From a virus (Duplodnaviria > Heunggongvirae > Uroviricota > Caudoviricetes), in IMG/VR virus record IMGVR_UViG_3300032335_000499: a stretch of DNA of 64,000 nucleotides. One strand, 5' to 3'. The notes under the pieces are model-generated. The model worked only from the letters and a program-made list of their open reading frames with translations, was not told the origin of the DNA and did no database searches. The stretch's first letter is position 1; every line of letters starts with the position of its first letter. The position numbers and the translations under genes are program-made. Shown here piece by piece: positions 63,417 through 64,000 of the stretch.

Positions 63417-64000
63417 ATGAGTAATGAACCAGTCATTGTTGATAATTTTTTACATATAATCAATCAAAGAAAAATAGTTAATCTTTTTGAATCTTCAGAA
63501 ATTCATTGGACTTTAGCCATGTTTCCTAGTTATGGAAATAGATTGGCTCATCTTGCTTTTGATAAATCAGACAATCAAGTATGGGAAGATAGTCCAACTT
63601 TACGGCATCTCTTGTATATAAAAGATAAAGAAACCGCTATTTCAGAACAAGAAAAATATGTAATAAATTTATTTCAGCAGGGAATAGAAAAACAAATAAA
63701 TTCTAAAATAGAAATTATTAGATGTATGGCTATTGCGGTTATCCCCAATCCTAATTTTACTGCGCAATGCATGATGCCACATACAGATTGGATTATTCCA
63801 CATGAAACTTGTATCTACTACTTAAATTCCACTGACGGAGATACGGTGTTGTTTGACCAAACATATGATGCTTCGTTATCTGAAAATGATAACGATAATA
63901 AGAAGAAAAAAGTGCTTACTAAAATTAGTCCAGCACAAGGAAAAGCAGTTTTGTTTGATGGGCTACAATATCATGCTTCAAATCCTAGTAAAACTGATTT
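63417..64000 (+). CDS. 2OG-Fe(II) oxygenase-like protein (3' truncated by window)
   Basis: MPHTD, IYYLNSTDGDTVLF, P.QGKAVLFDG..YHAS; open to the window end. Confidence 0.7.
   Translation, partial: MSNEPVIVDNFLHIINQRKIVNLFESSEIHWTLAMFPSYGNRLAHLAFDKSDNQVWEDSPTLRHLLYIKDKETAISEQEKYVINLFQQGIEKQINSKIEIIRCMAIAVIPNPNFTAQCMMPHTDWIIPHETCIYYLNSTDGDTVLFDQTYDASLSENDNDNKKKKVLTKISPAQGKAVLFDGLQYHASNPSKTD

Noticed and set aside
1-64000. Stop-codon reassignment
   Set aside because: Conserved genes are full length in the standard code; TAA and TGA end most genes and TAG ends at least two (37738, 60334).
1-64000. Prophage or bacterial chromosome origin
   Set aside because: No integrase, att site or host housekeeping block. 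Unidirectional dense genes with terminase, gp32, UvsX/Y/W and T4-type late motifs indicate a phage genome segment.

Overview
64 kb segment of a large T4-like tailed dsDNA phage genome. It is AT-rich, uses the standard genetic code, and every credible gene lies on the + strand. The host is probably an alphaproteobacterium, possibly Sphingomonadales; this is inferred from a permuted two-piece tmRNA, a SufT gene, a Bfd-like ferredoxin and spanins. Gene order: tail-fibre/virion genes (1-3.3 kb); a ~24 kb biosynthetic island with glycosyltransferase-like genes, six twitch/SPASM radical SAM enzymes, SufT, SGNH-like proteins, an NDP-sugar dehydrogenase, a B12-binding radical SAM, a carbamoyltransferase and a 1445-aa repeat protein (3.3-27.1 kb); small host-like genes and the tmRNA; a 975-aa nucleotidyltransferase/PG-binding/ART polyprotein; a MoxR AAA + vWA-peptidase pair; DHFR and ThyA; NDP-sugar epimerase and DegT aminotransferase; spanins; three paralogous putative internal head proteins; terminase; SSB, UvsX, UvsY and UvsW; an array of small F-x-L-x-W paralogues; 2OG-Fe(II) dioxygenases; a DEDDh exonuclease; and a 188-aa mini-DnaE. 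The strongest candidates for new biology are the radical-SAM/glycan island, protease-processed injected cargo proteins, the phage-encoded permuted tmRNA, the small paralogue array, the mini C-family polymerase, apparently leaderless late mRNAs, and 5'-3' end pairing in two AAA-ATPase transcripts. All calls come from motif recognition by eye; no searches were run.
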